This document shows positions 32,175 through 44,285 of a stretch of 64,000 nt of DNA, piece after piece. Below the pieces are notes generated by a model, which had not been told where the DNA came from, searched no databases, and saw only the letters and a list, made by a program, of their open reading frames with translations. Positions within the stretch are counted from its first letter, which is position 1. Each line of letters opens with the position of its first letter. This stretch comes from Rebecca billardiae RCC1528 (Eukaryota; Protista; Haptophyta). The position numbers and the translations under genes were made by a program. The stretch is from contig OZ251237.1 in NCBI GenBank assembly GCA_965240325.2, forward strand, positions 434,001-498,000, in the 5' to 3' direction.

Positions 32175-35100
32175 ATGAGCGGGTACGGTGAGGGCGGGGT
32201 GGCCTTCGCGCCCCGCCTCGGAGCGCCTCGTCGGCCGGGCGCGCAGCCGTCGGGCGCCGCTGCGCGCCTCTCGGCCGCGTCCACGCTGCGCTCGGCGGCG
32301 CGCACGCCGGTGCAGCGCGGCCAGCCGGTGCGGGCGTCCGCGCCCGGCCTGATCGCGCTCGAGCGCGTGATCGAGAACTTCACGAGCACGCTCATCCTGC
32401 AGAGCTTCCTCCGATGGAAGGTCGTCTACGCCATGGCCACCTTCTCCGCGCGCGACATCATGCACAACGCGATCGAGCAGCTCCGATTGGCGACGCTCGA
32501 CGGCACGCTCGAGCGCGCGCTGCGGCGGTGGCGGCGGCGCGCAGCGGAGCAGCGGCGGATGAAGCGGCTGACCCAGGCGATGCAGCAGCTCATGTTCGAG
32601 GCGCGCGTCGACACCTTCGCCTCGCTCGCGTGGACCGTGCCTGTGCTCGCCGCCTTCCGCGATTGGCACGGCGCGGCGCTCGCGCTCGCGCAGGCGAGCG
32701 AAGCGACGCAGCTGCTGGGCGCGCAGCTCGGGCTCACGCCGGAGGAGACGGCGCAGTACGAGCTGGCCTCGCTCACGGCCGCGCGGCGCGGCGAGGCGCG
32801 CCGCCCGTTCATCCACCGCCCTCCGCCCGAGCCGCCGACCGAGGCGGCGTCCACGGCCGGCAGCGACGGCGGCGGCGCCGCCGTTGCGGAGGGCGCGCAC
32901 CGCACGGCCGCGACGCTCGTCGTGACGGCCCTGCTCGCCGTGCACGCGCGGAGCGCCGAGGCGGCCTTCACGCGCTGGCGGCTGCACGCCCTCCAGCTCC
33001 ACGCGCACGGGCTGCTCTCGCATGTCGCCGAGGCGGAGGCCGCGCTGAGCGAGCTCGACCTGGTGGCGCGCGCCGCGGCCGAGGGCGGCGCGTCCGACCC
33101 GCTCGCGGCGCTGGCGCACCGCACGCAGTTCGAGCACGCGCGGCAGGAGCTCGGCGAGCGGCGCGAGTCGCCGCGCGGCGCCGACGCCGACGCCGCCCAC
33201 CTGCAGCAGCTCGAGGCGGCGCTGCGAAGCTTCCCCAAAGTTCTCGACTGGCTGTGGGTCGCGTCCGAGTCGTCGTTTGCGCGGCTGACGAGCGCGCGGC
33301 TGCGGCAGGCGCTCATGCAGTGGCAGGCCGCCGCCGCGGCCGTCGCCGCGAGCGACTTCGCCGCCGAGCGTGCCTGGCTGCTCGACCAGCTCACGCGCGC
33401 GCACGAGGCCACCGACGCCGCGCACGCGGCCACCACCGCCGCTCGGCTCGAGGCCGCCGCTCAGCTCGAGGCCGAGGTGGCCGCCGCGCGCGAGGCGGCG
33501 GCCGCCGCCGCGGCGGCCGCGCAGCCGCCCGCGGCTGCCGACGGAGCGGCCGAGGAGGATGCGGCGGCGGCGGGCCTGACGCTGCGCGTGGCCTCGACGT
33601 CGTCGAGCCGCCGCTCCAGCGGCGCCGGCAGCGCCTCCGACCGCGCCCGCCTCGCCCTCCCCAGCCCCGGCCGGCTACTGGCCGCGCACGGCGAGCGCCG
33701 GCTTGCGGCCGAGGAGCGCGAGCGAGACCTGCGCGCGCTCAAGGACGACATCACCGACTTTGTGGACGCGCTGGGCAGGCTCAAGCTGGCGCCGCTGACG
33801 GAGGAGGAGACGGCGGCGGGCAGGCTGCTCGAGCCCGTCGGCTCGTTCGTCGCGCCCATCGAGATCAAGACGGCGAAGGACATAGCCCTCTACTCGGCGC
33901 CCATGCCGCCCCCCGCGCAGCCCTCGGAGGCGCCGAAGCGCTCCGCCTCGCGCGGCGGCGCGGCCGACGCCGATGGCGACGCTGACACCGAGCGCGCGGC
34001 GCTCGGCGTGCCGTCAGCTGGTGCCGAAGCCGACGCCGATGCCGCCGCTGGCGCGCCAGCCGACGTGGCCGCCGCGTCGCGCAAGCCGCGCTCGCGCGCG
34101 CGCGAGGGCGCAGGCGAGGGCGAGGGCGGCGCCGCCCTCGACGAGCTCGACCCCTCGGAGGCGGCGCGAGCGGCGCGCGCGCGGCGGCACGGGGAGGGCG
34201 GCACCGAGGGCGAGGGCGGCACCGAGGCCGACGACGCCCCGACGGGCGCGGCGGGACGCACCGGGCGCGCCGCCGAGCGCCGCGCGCGCGCGCTCACCGC
34301 CGCGCCTGGCGCCGACTCTGCCAGCGGTGCGCCAAGCGCCGGCGGCACGCCCGCGCCGTCCACGCCGGCCGGCCGCTCCGCGGTGGGCTCGCCGCGCATC
34401 AGGCCCATCGACGACGACGCGGTCGGCGACCTTGAGCCGGCGCCGGGCGCGGCGGGCTCAGCAGCTGCCGGCGCGCACGGCGGTGCGGTCAGTGCGGCCG
34501 CCGACGCGCCGGCAGCCGCCGGCGCGGATGGCGCCGCCGACGGCGCAGCTGCGGCGGCGGGCGCTGCTGCGGCGCCGGCGGACGGCGCGGCGGATGGCGC
34601 TCTCACGCGCCGCGGCCGAGATCGTCGGCAGACGCCGGCTGGCGCCGAGGACGAGGAGGCGGACGCGGCTGCGCGCGAGGCGCGGCGGCGCGGCGCGCGC
34701 GCGGACGGGCGCGGCGATCGCGGCGGCGGTGCGGACGACGAGGGCGGCGCCGGCGAGAGCGGGGCGGCGGAGCTCGCCGCCGACGCCGCCGCCGCTGGCG
34801 CCGCCGCGGCCGACTCCGCCGAGGCCGCCGCCGACGACTCCGAGGGCGGCGTGCACACGGGCTCGTTCGTCGGCGGCGCGCTCTCCGCAGACGCGGTGCA
34901 GGCGGTGCGGATGTCGGCGCAGCGGCGCGCGTCACTGCTGCTGCTGCTGCGGCTGCACGCCATGCGCTGGATGGCGTCGTCGGCCGTCCGCGCCGCGTGG
35001 CTCGCGTGGGTGCGCTTCGCGTACGACGGCACGGGGCCCGACAGCGTGCCCGCGCTCGCCGACGCGACGGCGGCGAACCGGCAGCGCGCCGCAGCGGCGC

Positions 35101-38100
35101 GCGCGGGGCCGCAGCCGGACGAGTCGCGAGCGCTCTTCTCGCTCCGGCGCGCGCTGCGCCTTGCGATCAACGAGGAGATGGGCGCGCACGCGCGGCAGGG
35201 CAGCGGCGGCCCGCGCCGCGCCCCACTCGCGCCACCCTCCGCCGGCGAGCTCATCGGCGCCAACCGCTCGAGCATCGGCGGGCTCGCCAAGGAGCTCGAG
35301 GCGCAGGGCTTGCTCGAGGCGCTCACGGGCGGCGACGGCATGCGGCGCGGCGCGGGCTACGGCATGGTGTACCCGTACGGCCGATCGACGCTGCCGGGCG
35401 GCGCCGGGCCGTCGGGCGCGGGCGCAGGCGGCGCGGGCGGCGCGGACGCGGGCGGCGCGGGCGCGGGCGCGGCGGGCGCGGCGGGCGCGGCGGGCGCGGC
35501 GGGCGCCGCAGCGGTGGCAGCTGCAGGCGCGGCTGGCGCGGCTGGCGCGGGCGGCGCGGGCGCGGGCGGCGCGGGCGCGCGCGCGGGCACTGGTGCCGGT
35601 TTAGGCGTGGCTAGCTTGGCGGCAGAGGCCGCGGCGGCAGCAGCAGCACGCACCGCATCCGCCGGAGCGCCCGCCGACGGCGCCTCGGGTGATGCCGGCG
35701 CGGACGCGTCGGCGCCTGCGGGCGCAAGCGCGGCCGCGGCAGGCGCTGCGCCCGCCGCATCGCACGCCGACGGTTCCGCGGGTGATGATGCGGGCATGGC
35801 TGGCGCGGCGCCCGCGGGTGCCGCTGATGTGGCGGACGCAGCACACACAGCGGCTGTGGCGCTCATTGCGCCCACCACACACGCGCCCGCCGGCACCGAC
35901 GCGGCCGACGCGGCGCACACCGCAGCTGCCGCGCGCGCCGCTCCCGCCACCGACGCGGACGCGCCCGCAGGCGCCGACGCGGCGGCCATGGCGCTCGCAG
36001 CGGCTGCCGCGCTCGGCGCGCCGGCTGCCGACTCGCCGGCTGCGGCTGTCGCCCTCGCTGCTGGTGTCGAGGGCGCCGCGCTCACCCTCGGTGACGGCAC
36101 TGGCGGTGCGGACGCCGGCCGCGCGCGCTCCGAGGCCGAGCTACTGCGGCACATGCGCGTCGACCTCGAGCAGTTCGCCGCCGAGCTCCGGCTGCATGCA
36201 CGGCCGCCCGTGGCGGCTGAGAAGCCGACGGTCGAGAAGCTGAGCTCGGGGCCGCAGCTCGATGCGGATGCGTCCACGAATCTGTACTCGGCCGCGCCGG
36301 GGCAGACGCCTGCCCGGGCTGTGCGGAGTGTGCCTGACCCGGGCGCGTCCGGACCCAACGATCCGGCTTTTGGCGGCGGCTACGCTGGCTACGGCGGCTA
36401 CGGCGGCGGTGGGCAGGGCGGCGGAGGGAGCGGGTACGGAGGTGGCGGCTACGGCGGCGGCTACGGCGGTGGTGGTGGTGGCGCGGCCGCGGCGGCCGAA
36501 GCCGGGTTGGGAGGGCTCGGCGCGGCGGCTGGTGCGCTCGGGGATGGCGCCGGCGGGACCGGGGCCGGCGGCGCGGGTGCAGGGGGTGGGGCGGCTGGCG
36601 CCGCGGGCCTGGCTGCTGCCATCGCGGCCGCAGGTGGCACGGCGGCGACGGGTGCTGACGCGCTGGCAGCGGCGGCCACAGCAGGCGGCGCAGGGGGTGG
36701 GAAGGGCGGCGGTGCTGACCCCGGCAAAGCTGACGGCGGGAGCGTGGCCGCCGATGCTGCCGCAGACACTGATGACGCCGGCGGGTCGGCCGCCGCGGAC
36801 GCGGATGGCGCCGCCGACGGAGCAGCTGCGGCGGCGGGCGCTGCTGCGGCGCCGGCGGACGGCGCGGTGGACGGCGCTCTCACGCGCCGCGGCCGAGATC
36901 GTCGGCAGACGCCGGCTGGCGCCGAGGACGAGGAGGCGGACGCGGACACGGCTGCGCGTGAGGCGCGGCGCCGCGCCGCGCGCGCGGACGGGCGCGGCGA
37001 TCGCGGCGGCGGTGCGGACGACGAGGGCGGCGCCGGCGAGAGCGGGGCGGCGGAGGCCGGCAGTGGCGTCGGCAGCCGCATCGCGACCGGCGGCAGCGCA
37101 GGCGCCGCCGACGCGCCGGCCGGCAGTGGCGTCGGCAGCCGCATCGCGACTGGCGGCAGCGCAGGCGCCGCCGACGCGCCGGCCGGCAGCGGCGTCGGCA
37201 GCCGCATCGCGACAGGCGGCAACGCAGGCGCCGCCGACGCGCCGGCCGGCAACGGCGTCGGCAGCCGCATCGCGACAGGCGGCAGCGCAGGCGCCGCCGA
37301 CGCGCCGGCCGGCAGCGGTGTCGGCAGCCGCATCGCGACTGGCGGCAGCGCAGGCGCCGCCGACGCGCCGGCCGGCAGCGGCGTCGGCAGCCGCATCGCG
37401 ACTGGCGGCAACGCAGGCGCCGCCGACGCGCCGGCCGGCAGCGGCGTCGGCAGCCGCATCGCGACTGGCGGCAGCGCAGGCGCCGCCGACGCGCCGGCCG
37501 GCAGCGGTGTCGGCAGCCGCATCGCGACTGGCGGCAGCGCAGGCGCCGCCGACGCGCCGGCCGGCAGCGGCGTCGGCAGCCGCATCGCGACTGGCGGCAG
37601 CGCAGGCGCCGCCGACGCGCCGGCCGGCAGCGGCGTCGGCAGCCGCATCGCGACTGGCGGCAGCGCAGGCGCCGCCGACGCGCCGGCCGGCAGCGGCGTC
37701 GGCAGCCGCATCGCGACTGGTGGCAGCGGAGCCGGCGGCGGAGCGGACGGCGACGGCGGGAGCGATGCCGACGGCAGTGGCGTGAGCGCGGCTGGCATGG
37801 CGGATGACACCGGCTTCTACGGTGGCGCGGCAGGGTCGGCAGTGGGCGCCGCCGTCGCCGCCTCGGCTGTGGGCGGTGCGTACGGTGCGGGCGCGCCAGC
37901 TGGCGTCGGACCCGCCGGCCGCCGCAGCGCCGCAGCGCCCGCCACGTCTGCGCCGGGCGCGGCGGCGGCGGCCGGCGGCGCGTCCGGTCTTTCTGACGGC
38001 GGGGCCACGGCATATGGCGTGGATGTGGCCGCGTACGGGCTGGGTGCGGATGAAGACCGTGCGCCCGCCGCCGCCGCCGCCGCCGCCGATGCCGTGGGCG

Positions 38101-40164
38101 CCTATGCGGGCAGCGAGCGGAGCGGCTCGCGGCGCAGCTCGGGCGCACGCGCGGCGGAGGGCGGCAGCGATGCGCTCGACGAGGACGTGGGGTTTGGCGG
38201 CGTCTCGCGCGCGGCGCCAGGCGAGGCCGATGGCGGCGGCGGCGCGATGGGCCTCGGCGCGCTCGGCATCGGCGCGGGCGCGTACGCGGCAGGGGTGTAC
38301 GGCGGCGCTGGCGGCGGCGGCGCGGGCAGCGGGCTGGACGAGCGGTACGGCGCGGGCCTCGCCCCGGCGGCGGCGGCGCACTCGGCCGAGGCGCTGCTCG
38401 GCCTGCCGCCCGCCGCTGCGGATGAGAGCCCGCACGCGCGCGCGGCCAAGCTCGCCGCCTCTTCGCTCTACTCAGTCCGGATGGCTGCGATGGCGAGCGC
38501 GCTCCAGGCGTGGGCGATGGCGGCGGGCGTGGACGCGGTGACGGAAGGCTTTGAGGCGTGGCGGCTGCGCGCCGTGCACCTGCTCACCTACCTGATGCGC
38601 GCGCGCTCGCGCCGGATGCAGCTCGAGGTGCACGAGCGCGTGGAGAACCAGGTCTTCGCGCAGCGCTTTGCGCACCACCACATGCGCGCGAGCGCGCTCG
38701 CCGAGCTGATGTGGCGCATGCAGACGGACGTGCCGATGCGAGCGGCGTGGGGCTCGTGGCGCCGCGCCATCGTCCACGCCTACCGCGAGCACGTGCGCGC
38801 TGCGAGCCGCCGCGGCCGCCCCTGCCGAGCGAGGGCAGCGCGAGAAGGAGCAGCCCCGCGCGGCCTCGCGCGCGCACGCGCGCTCACACGCCACGGCGCG
38901 CCGCCCCCGCCGCCCCCGCCGCCCCCGTCCGCTCGCGCGCACACGCGCACGCACACAGGCGTTGCGCTGGGCGGAGGCGTCCGAGCACTGCAACGCGCAG
39001 CTCGTCAGCCTGCGCAAGGAGTACGCGCAGCTGAACGTGCACCTGAACGGCCGCGTGGTCGGGCAGCAGGTGGACGTGGCGGTGGCGCGGCAGCGCATGT
39101 GGATGCGCGCCAGGGCGGTGTACATGCACGCGCCCTCGAGCGAGCTGCTCAAGCGCATCATCTTCACGCACTGGCGCGCCGCATTTGGGCGCGGTTGGCG
39201 GCTGCGCAGCGCTCGAATGCCCGCGGCCGTGCGCGACGGCGACTCGCCGTACGCTGCCGTGCCGCCGCCGCCGCCGCCGTCGCACAGCGTGTGGGAGCCG
39301 GATGCGACGGGCGCGCGCGCGGCGCGCCGGACACCGCCGTCGCCGCCACCACCACCGCCGGCCGGGCAGAGCAGGCTGTATGTCGGGTGCGCGCGCTCGG
39401 CGCGCCGCGGTGCTGCTGCGCGCGCGCGTTCGCGCGCGCCGCGAGGGCCGGGCATGAATCAGCAGCCCTCGCTGAAGCCCCGCGTCCCCTCTTTCTGCCT
39501 GCGGCGGGCCGCGCGCTCCCTCCTCACCAGGCCTGGGATCGGCGCCGGGGGGCGGCAGAGCAGCGGCAGTGCCCAGTGGGGCGCCTACCCGAAGGGCTCG
39601 CCTGCGGGCGTGACGCGGGCGGGGCCGGCGCCGTCCGCAACGCCACCAAGCGTCTACTCGTCGCCCCCGCGCCGCAGCTCGCTCGACGATGTCGAGAGGG
39701 CGAACGCGCGCTACCAGCGGCAGCGGATCAGCACGCGCATGTGGGTCCTCAGCTCGTGCCGCAAGGTGCGCCGCCGCGCCGCGAGCGGTGCGCCCGCGCG
39801 TGGAAGGGCCGAGGCGCGCGGGCCGGGGCCTGCGCGGGGGCCCGCGCGCGGGCCGCGGCCTCGCGCGCGCGCGCGTGCAGCGGCGCCCTGAGACGCGCCG
39901 CTCGCTCACCATGCGGTCGCGCAGGTGGAGACTCGCAAGGCGTGGGATGCATGGCGCATCGCGCGGCTGATGCTGCAGAATGAGAGGCTGCAGGCGGCGG
40001 TGGCGCAGCGCGCCACGCCACCCGAGCCGCGCGAGCCTCAGGGCGCCACGGCGGCCCCGCCGCAGGCCAACCCGCCGCCCACGCCGCCGCCCACGCCGCC
40101 GCCAGCTGCCAAGCCGCCGGCCCGCGGCGGCCGCTTTGGCTTGAGCCTCCTGCAACGGCGTTGA
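32175..40164 (+). CDS. Giant Gly/Ala-rich protein with dispersed Sfi1-like (centrin-binding) W repeats; at least 3 exons
   Basis: Exon 1 is 32175-38792; introns 38793-38958 and 39766-39924; a further small intron near 39385-39445 is possible. About 11 [AS][FLW]xxW motifs (QSFLRWK, RALRRWR, AAFRDWH, AAFTRWR, QALMQWQ, AAWLAWV, EGFEAWR, AAWGSWR, IIFTHWR, KAWDAWR). Confidence 0.75.
34522..34772 (+). repeat. First copy of ~250-bp intragenic duplication (second copy ~36800-37055)
   Basis: Both encode [81 protein letters not shown]. Confidence 0.9.
37059..37730 (+). repeat. Coding minisatellite, 63-bp unit x ~10.7 (GSGVGSRIATGGSAGAADAPA)
   Basis: Unit starts at 37059, 37122 ... 37689; near-identical copies. 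Confidence 0.97.
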
Positions 40165-40476
40165 TGGTGTCTTGCGAAGAGTGCCGCCTGCCGTGCCGGC
40201 AGTCTGTCAATCGACAAGCCTGTATGTGGGCGACGACGAGAGCGGCGCGTTAATATTATATTCGCCGTTCAACGCGACAACTAAGGACACAACGGCGGTT
40301 GCGCAACTACAGCAACTGCAAGTACATGCTCACAGCAACTTATTCGTCATCACGCATCAGTCATGACGATATGATCATGACTACGATAAGTGCGCCGCCG
40401 GGAATCATGATGAATTTATTTATAATCATCATGTTCGCGCTTCAGATGACACCGCGATTGGCGCGATTCGACGATA

Positions 40477-40990
40477 CAGGCAAGCGCGGGCAATAAGAAG
40501 TCAGAGATTCACGGCTAGCCTCGGTTTCTTAGCCGTTCGGTATAGCCCGAGCGCCTACGGAGTCTCAGTTTCTTAGCTACGGGTCCGCCCGCCGCGCAGG
40601 CGCGGGGGGCGCAGGGGGGCAGAGCCCCCCGCTGAGTCTTTAGGCCCGGCCGGCGAGGCCGACGAAATATAAATTTTGGGCCTTTTTGGAGCAAATCTGG
40701 CATGATGTTGCATGGATGCTGCGGTGCACTGGCCAGGAGTCAGTCATCAGGAGAAGTCGGGACTTGGCCTGTACTCGTAGTCGGGCCGCGCGCCGCGTCC
40801 CCGACGGGCCGACTGCGCCTCGCCCCCGTCGGCGGACCACTCGTCAGCCGGGACGACGTAGTCCCGGTTTCTTAGTGTGACTATGCGTATAGCGAACCAG
40901 CCAATCGCTAGCCTCAGTTTCTAGGCCAGATCCGCAGATAGCAAGCCCCAGTTTCTTAACGTGACAGCTCCTTATTGCCCGCGATTGCCT
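40477..40990 (+). mobile_element. MITE, same family as 7389-7902
   Basis: TA|CAGGCAAGCGCGGGCAATAAG ... CTTATTGCCCGCGATTGCCT; colinear with the 7389 copy along its length. Confidence 0.85.
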
Positions 40991-41239
40991 TAGTACGCGT
41001 TATTCTGTATTCAGAAGGTAGCTATAGTACGTCATCATATCGCGTCATGATGAGCAGTACGACTATACGAGTATATATTAGTCATAGCCGCCGACACGCA
41101 AGCACGTCCGTGCGACGGCGCTGTCATGGACAGCGACGCTCCCCGGCGGGCTGCGCGAACTGCCCACGCAGGGCGAGCTTGGGATCAAGCCGCCGGCTCG
41201 CCTCGTGCGGGGCACCCTCGCGTACTGCGATCTGGCGCG

Positions 41240-41704
41240 CTAGACCCTCGCCACCGCGCTTGCCCGTGGCGAGGGTCCAGCGTTGCTTTCATATGGTTGA
41301 ATTGAGATTTGTGCAGCGGTGGCGAGGGTCCAGCGTTGCAGAAGCCGCAGCATGTCGTCGCTATCGGCGAGTTCAGTCGCGCCGGCGACGCACACTGCCA
41401 CCGAGACGCCCGTCATGGCGGCGCGCACGGCGCGCTCGTCCCTCAGGTCGGCCACAAACGCCTCGGACCGCGGGTGCGTGCCGACCGCCTGATCGAGCTT
41501 CTGCGCGCTGCGCACGAACGCGCGCACGGTATGGCCCGCATCGAGCGCGCAGCGCACGAGGTGCGTGCCCGTGCGGCCAGTCGCGCCGTACACCACGATG
41601 TGCTCCGCGCCTTGGGGCGCGACATCTGCGAGGCGAGAAGGCGAGGCACGCCGCGGTGCATCCGCGGGCTTTGTCTTCGTCATGTGGCGCACGGCAGCGG
41701 ACAT
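41240..41704 (-). pseudogene. Truncated NAD(P)-binding Rossmann protein (flavin reductase/BLVRB/NmrA-like)
   Basis: HIVVYGATGRTGTHLVRCALDAGHTVRAFVRS..., ADLRDERAVRAAMTGVSVAVCVAG. Similarity ends in a locally repeated motif at ~41237-41345, well short of a full-length enzyme. Confidence 0.65.
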
Positions 41705-41873
41705 GGCGACGAGAACCAGGAGCGCTGCTGCAAGCTCGCGAGTGCGCCCAACATCCGCGACTCCGCGCGCCTGTGCCCGGCCGGTGGACGGGTTCGTCTA
41801 AACATCACGTCGCTCTCAGAGTCGACACGACGGCTGACGCCAACCGGCACACCGCCCCCCGGCAAGCGGACGG

Positions 41874-44285
41874 ATGATCCTCGAGGACGCGCTCCTCGAC
41901 GACGAGCAGCGCCCAATCCCCGCGACCGATGGGCCACGCACCTCCCGCCGCCGCGCCTGGGCTCGTACCGGTCTTTCGCTGCTCGCGGCGCTCGCGCTCC
42001 TCTTCGTGCTGAGTGGCGCGCTGTGGCGTCATGGCGCCGCGTCAGCTGAGACCTCTGACAGCGCGTCGGTGGTGACAGAGCGTTTCGAGCTCACCGTGCA
42101 GCGCCCTGTGGGCGCAGAATCCGTCGCGCACGGCCTGGCTGCGCTCCTCGGCCTGCAGCTGTCGCGCATCAGCGTCGAGCAGGCGGACGCTTCGGCGCAA
42201 CACGCTCGCCTCGCCATCTCGGTGGCACATCCACGCGCCTCGGCTGTGTGCGCGCTGAGCGTGCTCGGCTCGATCCCGCGCGCCACGCTCGACGCCGCGA
42301 TCAACGCGACGGTCCTCGCCGGCCTCCCCTTCTGCCTCTCGCTCCTCCACGTCAACGACCAGCACGCGCGCATGGACCCCGTGAACGCGGACCTCAACCC
42401 GTGGGGCTCGCGCGACGACATCGCGAGCAACGCGACCAAGTACGGCGGGGCGGCGATCGTGTGGGGCGCGCTACACGCGCGCCGCGCCGCGCTCGAGGCG
42501 GCGGGGCGGCACGCGCTCGTGCTCAACGTGGGCGACGAGTTCACGGGCACGGCATGGTTTACGTACTACGGCTCGGAGGTGACGGCGCGCGTGCTGCGCG
42601 CGGCTGGGCTCGTCGACGCGATGGTGTTGGGCAACCACGAGTTCGACCACGGTGCGCACGGGCTCGCGCGCTTCCTCGAGCAGCTCGGCGGCGAGGTGCG
42701 CGTGCGCTCGCACAACATCGACGTCTCGCGCGTGCCGCAGCTCGCGCGCCACGCCGACGCCTTCTACCCACGTGGGTACCACATCATCACGCGGCGGCAC
42801 GAGGGGCGCGCGGTGCGCATCGCGGTCGTCGGCGTCACGACCGCCTCGACGCCCGAGTCGAGCAGCCCCGGCCCCGACGTCATCTTCCGCGAGCCGATCG
42901 CCGCGCTCCGCGCGCTCGTGCCGCGGCTGCGCGCCGAGCACGCGGTCGAGCACGTGATCGTGCTCTCGCACTGCGGCGTGCTCAAGGACGAGCAGATCGC
43001 CGCCGGGGTGCCGGGCATCAGCGCGGTCGTGGGCGGGCACTCGCACACGCTCATCCGGTACGCGCACAACGTGAGCACCGACGGCGGCGCGCCGCGGCTC
43101 GGCGCGTCCCCCGCGAGCGTGCCGGTCGTGCAGGCGCGCGCGTACTCGCGCTACATCGGCGAGCTCGAGCTGTGCTGGCCGCCGCAGAAGCGCACCGCGC
43201 ACGGCGCCGCCGATGGGCCCGAGCCGACGGCGGTGGTCGGCGCGGAGCCCGCGCCGAGCGTCGTCGCCGCGCTCGAGGTGATCGACCTGCCCGAAGGCAC
43301 GTTCGCTCCGCACCCGGCCGTCGCGCGCGTGCTCGCCGAGATGGCGCCCGCGATCGATCGCTTCAAGAGGACCGTCGTCGGGTACGCGGACGCAGACATG
43401 CGCAACACGGGCTGCTTCACCGCCGACTGCGCCGCGGGCCTGCTGCTCTCCGCCGCGTACCTCGCCTCGGACTTTGCCGTCGAGCACGGCGCGCAGATCG
43501 CCCTGAACAACGCGGGCGGCGTGCGCGCCAGCTTCGAGCGCGGCAACGTGACGGAGGCGGAGGTGCTCACCGTCGTCCCCTTCCAGAACCAGCTGGTTGC
43601 GTGCGCACTGCCCGGCGCGAGCGTCCTCGCCGCGCTCGAATACAGCTTCGCCGCGCTGCAGTATGACCCGGCGAGCGGAAGCCTCCGGCCGGACGGCCCC
43701 GAGGGCGCGCCAGGCGCGTTCCCGCAGCTCGCCGGCGTGCGCGTCACGTTCGACCCTCGGCGGCCGCCGGGCGAGCGCGTGCTCTCAGCAACGCTGGCGC
43801 GCACCGCCGAGCCGATCGAGCCGAGCGGAACGTACACGCTCGTGACGAATTCGTACCTGATGCGCGGCGGAGACGGGTACGACGACCTCAAGGAGGGCTG
43901 CGCACACCCAATCGAGGACGGGCCGATCGACGCGAGCGTGGTGTCCGACTACTGGCGCGCGTCCTCGCCCGTCGACCCCAGCCGTGACCTGCCGAACGCA
44001 ACGCACATGGACCTGACCGCCGAGTGGCCGCAGCGGACGCCGCCGTCATCCAGGCAGCACGGGAGCCCGACTCTGGCAGCATGGGAGGAGCGGCTCCAGA
44101 TGTGCTCGGCTGCGCCGGCGGGCGGCACGGAGGGTGCGCGCTATGCCCCGCGCGCTGCCCGTGAAGCACACGCAGCACAGCTCGTCGCAGACGGCGCTGC
44201 GCAGCCCTGCGTCATCGGTGCCCGCCGTGGAGCCTCGACGTGGGCTTTCTGCGGCGCAGATCCTGGGCACGTCCTCGGCGCGTGA
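41874..44285 (+). CDS. 5'-nucleotidase/apyrase (metallophosphoesterase + 5'-nucleotidase C domain) with N-terminal TM anchor
   Basis: LHVNDQH, LNVGDEFTGT, LGNHEFDHG, LSHCG, VGGHSHT, NAGGVRAS, PFQNQL, FPQLAGVRVTFD, TNSYLMRGGDGY. Confidence 0.93.
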   Translation: MILEDALLDDEQRPIPATDGPRTSRRRAWARTGLSLLAALALLFVLSGALWRHGAASAETSDSASVVTERFELTVQRPVGAESVAHGLAALLGLQLSRISVEQADASAQHARLAISVAHPRASAVCALSVLGSIPRATLDAAINATVLAGLPFCLSLLHVNDQHARMDPVNADLNPWGSRDDIASNATKYGGAAIVWGALHARRAALEAAGRHALVLNVGDEFTGTAWFTYYGSEVTARVLRAAGLVDAMVLGNHEFDHGAHGLARFLEQLGGEVRVRSHNIDVSRVPQLARHADAFYPRGYHIITRRHEGRAVRIAVVGVTTASTPESSSPGPDVIFREPIAALRALVPRLRAEHAVEHVIVLSHCGVLKDEQIAAGVPGISAVVGGHSHTLIRYAHNVSTDGGAPRLGASPASVPVVQARAYSRYIGELELCWPPQKRTAHGAADGPEPTAVVGAEPAPSVVAALEVIDLPEGTFAPHPAVARVLAEMAPAIDRFKRTVVGYADADMRNTGCFTADCAAGLLLSAAYLASDFAVEHGAQIALNNAGGVRASFERGNVTEAEVLTVVPFQNQLVACALPGASVLAALEYSFAALQYDPASGSLRPDGPEGAPGAFPQLAGVRVTFDPRRPPGERVLSATLARTAEPIEPSGTYTLVTNSYLMRGGDGYDDLKEGCAHPIEDGPIDASVVSDYWRASSPVDPSRDLPNATHMDLTAEWPQRTPPSSRQHGSPTLAAWEERLQMCSAAPAGGTEGARYAPRAAREAHAAQLVADGAAQPCVIGARRGASTWAFCGADPGHVLGA

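Noticed and set aside
37059-37730. 63-bp array as a CRISPR array
   Set aside because: No unique spacers, in-frame coding repeat, eukaryotic context, no cas genes.
36461-37810. Minus-strand Pro-rich ORF (PPVAMRLPTPLPAG repeats)
   Set aside because: Antisense of the Gly/Ala repeat in the giant plus-strand gene.
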